Assembly: GCF_000306885.1 (NCBI RefSeq)
Contig: NC_018267.1
Location: 510,001 to 542,000 of the forward strand
Origin: Wolbachia endosymbiont of Onchocerca ochengi
GTDB lineage: Bacteria > Pseudomonadota > Alphaproteobacteria > Rickettsiales > Anaplasmataceae
Reading direction: 5' to 3'
DNA length: 32,000 nucleotides
Below, one piece after another: positions 10,485 through 19,559 of this stretch (positions are counted from its first letter, which is position 1; each line of letters starts with the position of its first letter). The notes under the pieces were generated by a model, which saw only the letters and a program-made list of their open reading frames with translations, did no database searches and was not told the DNA's origin. A program made the translations under genes and the position numbers.

Positions 10485-10830
10485 TTTCCTGTTTTTTTAT
10501 CTTTTATTTCAAAACTTGCTTTTTCCTTTGCGGGTATTTTACTTTATCCAAATAATCACTGTACGTAGCATGATATGAAACAGTCCATCCATTTTTATCT
10601 GTTAACGTTAAGATTTGTGTTACCCATTTCCTAATGTAAGCTTTGATTATAGTAGTATAATATATGAAGGAGTTCATTCTCTGGGGATGTTGCATTAATA
10701 TTTTGCTCTACTTTTTAATTTTTCTCATTTCTTTTTTAGATGCTATTTTTATCTTAGAATAGTGAAATTTTATTTTGCCTTGTTCACTATTAAGTGAGTG
10801 TGTTTTTATTTTCTAGATCTTGTTTTTTTG
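10485..10830. repeat. copy B of the diverged duplicated segment
   Basis: See copy A. Only the 10563-10617 anchor is complex sequence. The other anchors are T-rich and individually weak, but they are collinear. Confidence 0.45.
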
Positions 10831-12049
10831 TTTTGGTGATTGATTCTTTTTTCTCTTTATTCTTGAGCTGAACATATAATTTTTCTGGTTAAGCTTTAAG
10901 TTTTCCAATCTTCTCTTTTTGAAGTTGCAGTACATTTTTTAGAGCATGAATTAATATTTTCTTCAATATTATTGATTGATTTCAAAATGGGAAGAGTGTT
11001 GGATATAATTTCAAGTTGCCTCGAACCATGAACCACTTTCGTCACTAATACTCTTATCACTATATACAGAATCGTATAGTTCTGAATTGGAAATTCTATG
11101 ATTACTCCGAGGGTGATGATAAGTACCTTTATTTTGAAGCTTTATGTTAAGATCTTTTACTTTCTTTAGTGAATAGTTTTTTCTGCTTTTCTTAATATTT
11201 ATATTATGGTGTTCCTGCTTAGCAAATCACCAACATATCTCTTGGAGTTTTATTACTTTACAATGAAGGATTTACTCGATCATTACTTAATGATTGTATT
11301 ATCTCTACTGTAAAGCAGCAACGTGTCTATTGTTATAGCGTCATCTAGGATTTACAGCTTAAACTTATTTTTTTTATAGAAGATGTTAGATTTAAATGTA
11401 TTGCATACCATTATATATGTGAAGAATTCTGTTCTTTTTTATTGCTTCTTTCTTTTAATATGTTGTTGCTTGTTTAAGCTTTTACTTGCTTCTTGTAGCA
11501 CCTTTACAAACTCTTTATATTTCAACCTTTTCCTTTCAGTTTATGGACTGTTGCTGTGCAGTTTTACAAAAATGATGTGGATTTATTTTTTTTGTTTCTT
11601 CACACTTATTCATAATGGAAGCATCTTTTTAGCACTGCCTATAATACTAATTAATCTTGTCACATAGCTTTTTACATCAAAGAACACAGTACAAAATATA
11701 CTGAGTGCCAAAAAGTTTTGGCTGTGGCATTTTATCAAATATTGCGGAGCAAAGCTGTACCTATTATTATTTATGGGTATATAAGAGAGTCAGACTACTC
11801 TCTAAATGGGTTAAATGATATTACATGCTGCTTTAATAGTTGTATTCAAAAGATCAATGTTTTAGCACTGCTTGTATAAGAAAAGAAAATGAGTGATTTT
11901 ATAAGAAAATGCTAATTCTTTTGATAAAGCTAAAATAATAATTGAGTAAGCTTGCATAGAAATGTTTGTACAGTTATGTTCTAAGCGCTATGTAATGGGG
12001 AACAATTAAAAAAACCTAAAACTACTTTTAACGTCGTTTAGTAAATTTT

Positions 12050-13159
12050 TTACTTTTTTTTTACTTTATTAAAAAAACCTTCAGGTTGCTGTTGCATGTT
12101 TTCCTCTTCTTCAAGTGCTTTTAATAACTCAACTTGCTTTTTAGTTAAAAGCTTTGGGTTTAAAGTTTCAACTATTACTTGTACATATAGATCGCCACGT
12201 ACGTTTGAGTTCATATATGGCATACCCTTTTCTCTACAACGTAGTTTAGTACCGGTTTGAGTGCCTTCAGGAACCTTTACTTTTATTTTAACTCCATCAA
12301 TTGACTGTACGTCGATTTCACCACCGAGTACTGCTAGTGTCATCCTTACAGGTACTTTGCAATGTAAATCTGCTTTATTCCGAGTAAAGATTTTATGTGG
12401 AACGATTTTAACGTATACATATAAATCTCCGTTTTTTCCACCTTTTGCTCCAGCCTCTCCTTTGCCACTTACTCTTACTTTAGCGCCTTCCTCTATGCCT
12501 TTTGGAATTGAAACTGATATATTTACTTCATCTCTTTTACGCCCATTTCCACCGCATTTTTTGCATTTGTTCTGTACTACTTCGCCTTCCCCGTAACATG
12601 TAGTACAAGTTCTTTCGATTGTAAAAAAACCTTGCTGAGCCCTGATCCTACCACTTCCTCGGCATGTGTGACACTGAATTGGCTTAATTGCGCCTTCACT
12701 GCCTGTACCTCGACACGTATCACATTTTACATTTGTAACGTAATGTATAGGTGCTTGTATTCCCTTAAACGCATCCTCTAGAGTAATTTCAAGATCATAA
12801 CGTAAGTCTGATCCAGGCACTCCTGGTGTACTTCTTTTTGCTTTTGACCTTCCTGATTCCCCAAATCCTCCGCTAAAAAAGTCATTGAATATGTCGCTAA
12901 AGTCTCCCGCAGCTTGACTGAAGTCAAACCCACCAGAAGCACCTTCATGACCATAACTATCATAATTTGCTTTTTTTTCGGGGTTAGATAAAACCTCATA
13001 TGCAGCTGTTATTTCTTTAAATTTTTCCTCTGCTTCTTTGTTACCAGGATTTCTATCTGGATGATACTTCAATGCTAATTTTTTGTATGCTTTTTTTATC
13101 TCATCAATGCTAGCGTTTCTGCTTACTCCCAGCAGCTCATAGTAATCTTTTGTACTCAT
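12050..13159 (-). CDS. dnaJ: molecular chaperone DnaJ
   Basis: 369 aa. J domain with HPD (KYHPDRNPG), a G/F-rich linker, and four CxxCxGxG zinc motifs ([32 protein letters not shown]). ATG start confirmed. Confidence 0.96.
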   Translation of the reverse strand: MSTKDYYELLGVSRNASIDEIKKAYKKLALKYHPDRNPGNKEAEEKFKEITAAYEVLSNPEKKANYDSYGHEGASGGFDFSQAAGDFSDIFNDFFSGGFGESGRSKAKRSTPGVPGSDLRYDLEITLEDAFKGIQAPIHYVTNVKCDTCRGTGSEGAIKPIQCHTCRGSGRIRAQQGFFTIERTCTTCYGEGEVVQNKCKKCGGNGRKRDEVNISVSIPKGIEEGAKVRVSGKGEAGAKGGKNGDLYVYVKIVPHKIFTRNKADLHCKVPVRMTLAVLGGEIDVQSIDGVKIKVKVPEGTQTGTKLRCREKGMPYMNSNVRGDLYVQVIVETLNPKLLTKKQVELLKALEEEENMQQQPEGFFNKVKKK

Positions 13160-13185
13160 ATATGATAGTTCAGTATTTAACCTCT

Positions 13186-13216
13186 AAAGGTAAGTATTTC
13201 ATACATCAATTTCAAG
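13186..13216 (-). promoter_or_regulatory. candidate RpoH (sigma-32)-type heat-shock promoter for dnaJ
   Basis: The minus strand reads CTTGAAA (13216-13210), then a 15-nt spacer, then CTTACCTTT (13194-13186), ending 26 nt before the dnaJ ATG. As CTTG-N18-CTTACCT it resembles the alphaproteobacterial heat-shock consensus CTTG-N17/18-CYTATNT, which I recall from memory. It lies between the tRNA 3' end and dnaJ. Confidence 0.35.
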
Positions 13217-13252
13217 TGTGGCTTGTGTTTTCTGCGTGTACTAAAAACAGAA

Positions 13253-13327
13253 TGCACCCTGAACGACTCGAACGCTCGACCTTTTGATCCGTAGTCAAAT
13301 GCTCTAATCCAACTGAGCTAAGGGTGC
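13253..13327 (-). tRNA. tRNA-Arg (anticodon ACG), 75 nt, no encoded CCA
   Basis: Folded by hand from GCACCCT TA GCTC AGTTGGATTA GAGC A TTTGA CTACGGA TCAAA AGGTC GAGCG TTCGAGT CGTTC AGGGTGC A. It has a 7-bp acceptor stem, 4-bp D stem, 5-bp anticodon stem with loop CU-ACG-GA, 5-bp T stem (one G-T pair) and a TTCGAGT T-loop. Confidence 0.93.
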
Positions 13328-13646
13328 CTTCTATGAAGTGAACTTTAGCAGGTTTTACAGCTTAATTCAATTAATTTGGCTAAAATAGAGTACAAAGCTA
13401 AATTGATGGTGTAATAAATTTACTAATGCTTTTAACTTAAATTTAATAAGTGTAAGTAAGAAAAATTCTTATATTTATAACTTTAATTCTCTCTTTTATA
13501 TTTGATGCAAGTGTTATTAAGCAGAATAGAAGAAGCGATGAAACATTAAAAGTGATATGTAATATAGTAAAATATATCTCAAAAAGAATAGATAATTAAG
13601 TGCCTTTGGCTAATACTTTTTGCGCTTGGTGCATTTACTGTTGTGT

Positions 13647-13664
13647 TTTTTGGTGCACCAAAAA
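13647..13664. repeat. perfect 18-bp palindrome TTTTTGGTGCACCAAAAA, with an extra direct copy of TTGGTGCA 24 nt upstream (13626-13633)
   Basis: Read directly. T-run 13646-13651, GGTGCACC 13652-13659, A-run 13660-13664. It sits in the 0.6-kb spacer between the cckA-like stop and tRNA-Arg. Confidence 0.6.
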
Positions 13665-13919
13665 TAGTGAGTGTGGTAGTACCAGATATGGCAGAAGCTT
13701 GTATAAGTTATTCTAGTAATTAGGAAATAGTTAATGATGCATGAGTTACAAAATGTACTGTAGATAAAAGGTAGAATGTGTTTAGGGATTTTTGAAACAG
13801 TAAGGGTAAAAAATAGTGTTTTGAAAGCACTATTTTACGTTTTTTATCTTACGCATAAAATACTCTATTATGCATATGTTAGTAATTTTTATATTAGAAG
13901 ATTTTTTTAATACTTAAAA

Positions 13920-16400
13920 TTAAACTGTTTTTTCTACTTTGTGTAGTACACTTTGAACTTTATTTTCCAATTCACTTAAAGTGAATGGTTTCGGTAAAAA
14001 GTGGAAATCTTCTATATTAATGTTGTCGTTTTTCAAAAATGCATCTTCTGCATATCCAGAGATAAAAATGACATTTATATCTGGTCTATGAATTAAGGCT
14101 TCTTTGACTATCTCTGGACCACTAACTTCTGGCATTATTACATCAGTGATTATTAGATCTATGTGTTGGCTTTTTTTACTTATTATTTCTAGTGCCTGAC
14201 TGCCTATGCTAGCTTCTATCACATCAAATCCTTTTCTTTGTAATGTCTTAGTAGTAAATTCCCTTACTGAGTCTTCATCTTCAATTAATAAAATCGTACC
14301 ATTACTTTTAACTTCATTGACTACAGGTTTTTCTATTTCTTTGATATCTTTCTCTATATCATTTTCATCTGATATATAAACCATAGGCAAAAATATGCTA
14401 AATTTAGTTCCACAGTTTACTTTACTAGCAACATAGATGTATCCTTCAGTTTGCTTGATAATACCATATACAGTAGAGAGGCCAAGGCCAGTACCAGAAG
14501 CAATATCTTTAGTAGAAAAGAATGGATCAAATGCTTTTTGAATTGTGTCACTTGTCATTCCACATCCTGTATCAATTACTTCGATTACAACATAATTTCC
14601 ATGTTCAATTCTTTCTTTATCTGGAGAAAACATATTTTTAGGTGTAGAATTGAGTGAATGAATCTTTTTATTGAAAGTTTGTATGGTGAGTTCTCCCCCT
14701 TTTTCCATTGCAGCGTTAGCATTGACTACTAAGTTAATAATAACTTGCTCTAATTGTCCTTGGTCAGCCCTAACCATACCTAAGTCTTCACCATAATAAG
14801 CAGTGAATTTTATATTTTCGCCTATTAATCTTTTTATCATTTCGTAAAGGTTGGCTATCGTACTATTTACATCAATAATCTTTGGTTGCATAGTCTGTCT
14901 TCTTGAGAAGGCAAGTAATTGCTTAACTAAATTTGACCCACGTTTTGCATTTTGCTGTATCTGTATTATATCTCTAAAAGATGGATCACTAACTGAGTGC
15001 TGAAGTAAAAGCAAATCACAAAATCCTATTATTCCAGTCAGAATATTGTTAAAATCATGTGCAATACCACCTGCTAGCTGTCCTATAGCCTGCATTTTTT
15101 GATAATGTTCGAGCTTTACTTCTAGATTTTTATGCTCGGTGTTGTCAACAAAATAGCAAAGTATAAACATTGCCCTATTATGAAGAAACTTATTGAAGTA
15201 TATTTTCATATTATCGTTGTTGCTGAGCTGTACATCAAAGGATGCATTATTTATTCTGTTACTCGAAAAATATTCATGTATTTTTATATGATAGTCATCT
15301 GATATTAATGTAAAGATTGAGTTAGTATCTGGACCTGCAAGTTTTATTAACGCTGTGTTTTTCTTTATGAAGTTGCCACTTGAATCACACTGTGCAATAG
15401 CAATTGATGAATTTGTAAAACATGGGTGTAGTTGATAGTCAGCTATGTTTGATTCAACTGGTGTAATTAAGCCATATATATAATTATGACTGTGTTTATC
15501 ACAAAACATAGCAGTGCTCATATAAGCTTTAAATGGAACACCGTTTACGGTACAAAACGAAATCTCATTGCTAGTTGCTGTATTATTATAATTAGATTGA
15601 AATATAAAATCATTGATTAAACTGCCTTTTTCAAATTTTCTTAATTCAAATATGTCTAAGAACCTTTTATTTACATATAGAATCACTCCTTTAGTATTTG
15701 CAATGTAAGTTCCTATATTGTGCTTTTCTATTAATTCTTCATACACCTGTTCTTTGTTCATCTGTGTTGCTTTTAGCACAAAATACCCACGCGGTCTTGC
15801 TATTGGTGCTAATGACAAGTTTAATACCTTATTGTTATTTAGAGCAACTTGGGGATTATCTGATATCGGGTCAAAAAGTAAGAGAAAATTAGATATCTTA
15901 TTTTTCTTGCTTAAAGCAATGCGTACTTGTGTAGAAGAGTTATTTTTTAGCGCATTATATAATGCTTTTTTGTCTTTCTCTGAAATATTTCCTGCTTCGA
16001 GAAGCTTATCTAGTGTAACATTATTATCTATGTATTCCTTGAACCTTTCGTAGAATCTTGCGTCAGCATAAATGACACCCTCATCTTTGTGCAAAATGAG
16101 ACAAAACTCTGTATTATGATTGAGTGCACTTGCAAATATTGCATTTTGGAATTCTGTGATACTAAGCAGGTATCTATGACGCTTTGCGTTATATATTATA
16201 AAGAGAGTCATGAGGGTGCTAACTAGCATATTGACCTTTATATTAATATGCCAATCGTATTTATCAAGAAAGTAAAGTGCTGATATTATTATTGGAGGTA
16301 AGGTCATAATGGCTGTAATAAAGATGATTGATACTCCATGATTTCTTAATATGAAGTCAACCCTGTTTTCCTTCTTGCTATCTATGTACCTTTTGCTCAT
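13920..16400 (-). CDS. cckA: hybrid sensor histidine kinase / response regulator, CckA-like
   Basis: 826 aa. Two N-terminal TM helices are followed by a ~400-aa PAS-like sensory region. It has an H-box GGIAHDFNNILTGI, N-box VINLVVNANAAM, G1 DTGCGM, G2 GTGLGLS, and a C-terminal receiver domain (ILLIEDEDSVR ... DLIITDVIMPEVSG ... KPF). A hybrid HK with this order in Rickettsiales or alphaproteobacteria is normally CckA. The symbol is an inference. Confidence 0.75.
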   Translation of the reverse strand: MSKRYIDSKKENRVDFILRNHGVSIIFITAIMTLPPIIISALYFLDKYDWHINIKVNMLVSTLMTLFIIYNAKRHRYLLSITEFQNAIFASALNHNTEFCLILHKDEGVIYADARFYERFKEYIDNNVTLDKLLEAGNISEKDKKALYNALKNNSSTQVRIALSKKNKISNFLLLFDPISDNPQVALNNNKVLNLSLAPIARPRGYFVLKATQMNKEQVYEELIEKHNIGTYIANTKGVILYVNKRFLDIFELRKFEKGSLINDFIFQSNYNNTATSNEISFCTVNGVPFKAYMSTAMFCDKHSHNYIYGLITPVESNIADYQLHPCFTNSSIAIAQCDSSGNFIKKNTALIKLAGPDTNSIFTLISDDYHIKIHEYFSSNRINNASFDVQLSNNDNMKIYFNKFLHNRAMFILCYFVDNTEHKNLEVKLEHYQKMQAIGQLAGGIAHDFNNILTGIIGFCDLLLLQHSVSDPSFRDIIQIQQNAKRGSNLVKQLLAFSRRQTMQPKIIDVNSTIANLYEMIKRLIGENIKFTAYYGEDLGMVRADQGQLEQVIINLVVNANAAMEKGGELTIQTFNKKIHSLNSTPKNMFSPDKERIEHGNYVVIEVIDTGCGMTSDTIQKAFDPFFSTKDIASGTGLGLSTVYGIIKQTEGYIYVASKVNCGTKFSIFLPMVYISDENDIEKDIKEIEKPVVNEVKSNGTILLIEDEDSVREFTTKTLQRKGFDVIEASIGSQALEIISKKSQHIDLIITDVIMPEVSGPEIVKEALIHRPDINVIFISGYAEDAFLKNDNINIEDFHFLPKPFTLSELENKVQSVLHKVEKTV

Positions 16401-16506
16401 TTTACGTACAACAATTCTTTATTATATCTATTTAATTACTATAGACTTATTAACATCTTTGGTATATAATTGCTATTAGAATTTTTGGCACTATTGGTAA
16501 AACGTT

Positions 16507-17331
16507 ATGAAAGAACAAAAAATGCAAGCTTTTAAGTGGTTCTGTGTGCTAAGAGATAAAATTGTAAAATCTTTCTTGTTGGTTGAAGAACGGTTATTTA
16601 CAAATCCGAAGATTAAAAAAAGAAAATGGAATCGTCCAGGTGGTGGAGGTGGTGAATCTATAATTGTTTACGGTAGTGTTTTTGAGAAAGTAGGAGTAAA
16701 TGTTTCAAAGGTATATGGAAAGTTTACAGATTCGATTATAAATGAAATTCCTGGTGCAAATGAAAGTAATGGAAAGTTTTGGGCGAGTGGCATATCTTTA
16801 GTGTCTCACATGCAGTCCCCTCTTGTTCCTGCGGCACATATGAATACAAGACTAATATATACATCAAAGCGGTGGTTCGGTGGAGGAATGGATTTTACTC
16901 CGACGTATAAAGATAGCGAAGATTATCGGTATGTTCATGAGTCAATTAAGAAAACATGTGATGAGTTTGATACTGCATATTATCCAAAGTTCAAAGAACA
17001 ATGTGACAACTACTTTTTCTTACAACATAGAAAAGAACCACGTGGTATTGGTGGAATTTTTTATGATAATCTTGATTCTGGTAGCTGGGAGAGTGATTTC
17101 AAATTTATAAAAGCAATAGGCGAAACCTTTTTAAAAATTTATTTGCATATCATACATCAGCATATGCAAAAACCTTGGACGAAGGAGCAGCGGGAGGATC
17201 AATTGATAAAACGTGGTAGGTATGTAGAGTTCAATTTGCTTTATGATCGTGGTACAAGGTTTGGTTTAATGACTGATGGTGATCCAGATGCAATTATGAT
17301 GTCAATGCCACCTCTAGTTAAGTGGTTATAG
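16507..17331 (+). CDS. hemF: oxygen-dependent coproporphyrinogen III oxidase
   Basis: 274 aa. It aligns closely by eye with E. coli HemF: RPGGGGGES, FEKVGVNVS, RGIGGIFYD, and RGRYVEFNLLYDRGTRFGL...MSMPPLVKW. Confidence 0.93.
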   Translation: MKEQKMQAFKWFCVLRDKIVKSFLLVEERLFTNPKIKKRKWNRPGGGGGESIIVYGSVFEKVGVNVSKVYGKFTDSIINEIPGANESNGKFWASGISLVSHMQSPLVPAAHMNTRLIYTSKRWFGGGMDFTPTYKDSEDYRYVHESIKKTCDEFDTAYYPKFKEQCDNYFFLQHRKEPRGIGGIFYDNLDSGSWESDFKFIKAIGETFLKIYLHIIHQHMQKPWTKEQREDQLIKRGRYVEFNLLYDRGTRFGLMTDGDPDAIMMSMPPLVKWL

Positions 17332-18624
17332 GGGTTACAGACTAAATAACGTGATATTACTGGCAGTTTCTGACGATAAACGATATTATTTCAGTGTGTA
17401 TGACATTGGAACGTACAGGAGAAAATACGAGGGTTAAAAGGTATAGAAGTAAGGCATTTCTGAAGATGTGCTACAGAAGTTTTTAATTCTTTGTTTAAGA
17501 TTGTAACCTTCAACTGTTTGATAGCTGTAGTGTTCACAACTACTCCATTGATGCGTTTAATGGTAAAAAACTTTATATAAGGTTTATTATTCATGTAAGG
17601 GTCTTTCAGTATTTTATCCTCCTTTGTTCAGTGTAGGTAGCATGTTGGTAGATTGATATGTTGGTACTTTTATTAAGGTATCTTTAGCTTCAAGCAATAA
17701 GCTTAGGTCAAAAATGTTGGCTTATGAGATTTTAGTAGTTTAGTGTTTTTTAATTTACTTCTGTTTATCGAAAGTGATTTATTTTTTGGAATGATATTCA
17801 TCCAAGGAATAATACAAACATTATTTATTCACTTTCAATGAAGGCTTTATTTTCTTTCTTACTAAAAGTCTCAGAATCTTTTCCACTACCAGCTCTCAAC
17901 ATTAACAAATGCATTTTGCTAAGTAGCTTTTTAGTATTTAAGGATAAGCGTGTAACTTATAAGTTATGGTAGAAACTTTTTGAATCTTAGGTGTATTTAT
18001 GTTTTTTATAAAATCATATTTAAATTTAGTACTGTAATCTTTGTCATCTACTGTTTCACTACTTTAACCTACATTAGCAGCATAGTCTTACAGTTTTCTA
18101 TAATGTAATCCAATGTTTCATAAAGGTTCTTTGATTAGAAAATACTGTCGTATCGGAGGCGAATTGCTTATACGTTTATATATTTGACAATATTGAGAAT
18201 TTTGTTTGAAAACCACTTTCCACTTTCTTGTAGATATAATCAGGAAGATACTTATTACTTATGCTAAAATCTATACTTCCTTCTGGATATTGAGCTACAG
18301 TTTCTATCGAATTCAAGCGTTCTTTGCAATTGTTGATATTACTATTTGTTTTATATAATTGTTCAATTATTGTAGAATCAACGTACCCTTTGCTCTTAAT
18401 TTCTTTAAGTCTGCGAGATCATTTATCATTTTAAGTTACTCTTATGATACAAACTGATTCATTAACGGAGTGAGTAACATCAGTGAGTGGCTACTCTTCA
18501 AGCAGCACTACACATTATGTATAATACTTAACTAAGTTCAACGAGAAAAAACATAAAAACAATAACATTGTACAATATCTGTTTGTTCGTATTAAGCACT
18601 TTTTTAAAAATTTTTCAGGCTCAA

Positions 18625-19302
18625 TCAAGTCAATGATTTTAGTATTAATTCTACACTATTTGTAGGACTGCCACTCTTTGTGATGGGTCTACCAATTATA
18701 ATATAATCGGCTCCTGAATCTATCGCTTCTTTTGGTGTTGCTGTTCTTTTTTGGTCATCATGGTTGGGATCTATGCGAATTCCTGGAGTAATAATTTTAA
18801 AGCCTTTGCCGCACTCTTTACGCACTTCCTGAGCTTCCATTGCAGAGCAGACTATTCCATGTAGACCAATTTTTTTTGCAAGCTTTGCCAATAAAATTAC
18901 CTGTGATTTTGTCCTTCTTGCTATTCCAAGCTTACTTAGATCTTTGTTACTCATGCTAGTTAATACGGTTACCCCAATCAGTTCTATTTTTGTGTCTTTC
19001 ACTACGTTTAAAGCTTCCTTTAGCATTTTTGTTCCACCGCTGACATGTAATGTCAATATTTCAACACCCAAAGCTTTTATTGCTTCAACCGTTTTAGTTA
19101 CAGTGTTTGGAATGTCGTATAATTTCAGATCTAAAAAAATTGGTACGTTACATTTTGCAACTTTTTTCACTCCAGAAGGACCATGGGCAGCGAAAAACTC
19201 TAATCCAAGTTTTATCATACCAACTTTATCGCGTAGAACATTAATCAAATATATAGCCTCATTTAAATCTTGCGTGTCTAGCGCACACACTATTGGATTC
19301 AT
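18625..19302 (-). CDS. pyrF: orotidine 5'-phosphate decarboxylase
   Basis: 225 aa. It has ALD near the N-terminus (VCALDT), the FLDLKLYDIPNTV signature, and the C-terminal IIIGRPIT phosphate-binding motif. Confidence 0.92.
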   Translation of the reverse strand: MNPIVCALDTQDLNEAIYLINVLRDKVGMIKLGLEFFAAHGPSGVKKVAKCNVPIFLDLKLYDIPNTVTKTVEAIKALGVEILTLHVSGGTKMLKEALNVVKDTKIELIGVTVLTSMSNKDLSKLGIARRTKSQVILLAKLAKKIGLHGIVCSAMEAQEVRKECGKGFKIITPGIRIDPNHDDQKRTATPKEAIDSGADYIIIGRPITKSGSPTNSVELILKSLT

Positions 19303-19559
19303 TACATGTCTTTTTAGATAATTCTTTTGTAATTTATAAGATAATTATTGTATTTTGCAACTCTTTTACCTTAGGAAAATCATAAAACCTACAAGGTACT
19401 AGCTAGGTCTAATTAAAGTTCTATATATAGTTTAATCTACAATACTATGTAAATCATTTTAGTAGATCCAACCGGGTAAACACTTTCTACTATATATTTT
19501 GAGATCTTTTACATATTAAGCTTTATTTAGCAAATATTGAACAACTTCTTTTAACAAGA

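Noticed and set aside
9874-11667. Spacer ORFs 9874-10071 (65 aa), 10504-10695 (63 aa) and 11383-11667 (94 aa)
   Set aside because: They have no SD and no recognisable family. ORF 11383-11667 is an F/L/C-rich translation of a T-rich strand. ORF 10504-10695 lies in repeat copy B, and its counterpart in copy A is broken by stops. Lengths are within chance expectation for this composition. I treat them as possible relics, not genes.
12261-12999. ORFs 12261-12596 (+) and 12778-12999 (-) within dnaJ
   Set aside because: One is antisense and the other is an alternative frame of dnaJ. The dnaJ frame carries all the J-domain and zinc-finger motifs.
13810-13836. 9-bp inverted repeat AAAATAGTG-N9-CACTATTTT, about 85 nt downstream of the kinase stop, considered as a rho-independent terminator
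   Set aside because: The stem is almost entirely A-T (two G-C pairs) and the flanking T-run is partly inside the stem. It is too weak to call a terminator.
14451-17110. ORFs 14451-14657, 15698-15892 and 15718-16053 (opposite the kinase), and 16880-17110 (alternative frame of hemF)
   Set aside because: They overlap strongly supported genes and have no independent signals.
17391-17594. 67-aa minus-strand ORF in the hemF-pyrF spacer
   Set aside because: The only SD-like AAGGAGG is about 25 nt from the ATG, which is too far, and I recognise no homology. I mention it only as a possible fragment in the spacer finding.
17642-17666. ATGTTGGTA repeated twice, 16 nt apart
   Set aside because: It is a single short direct repeat with no further periodicity, so it is not a tandem array.
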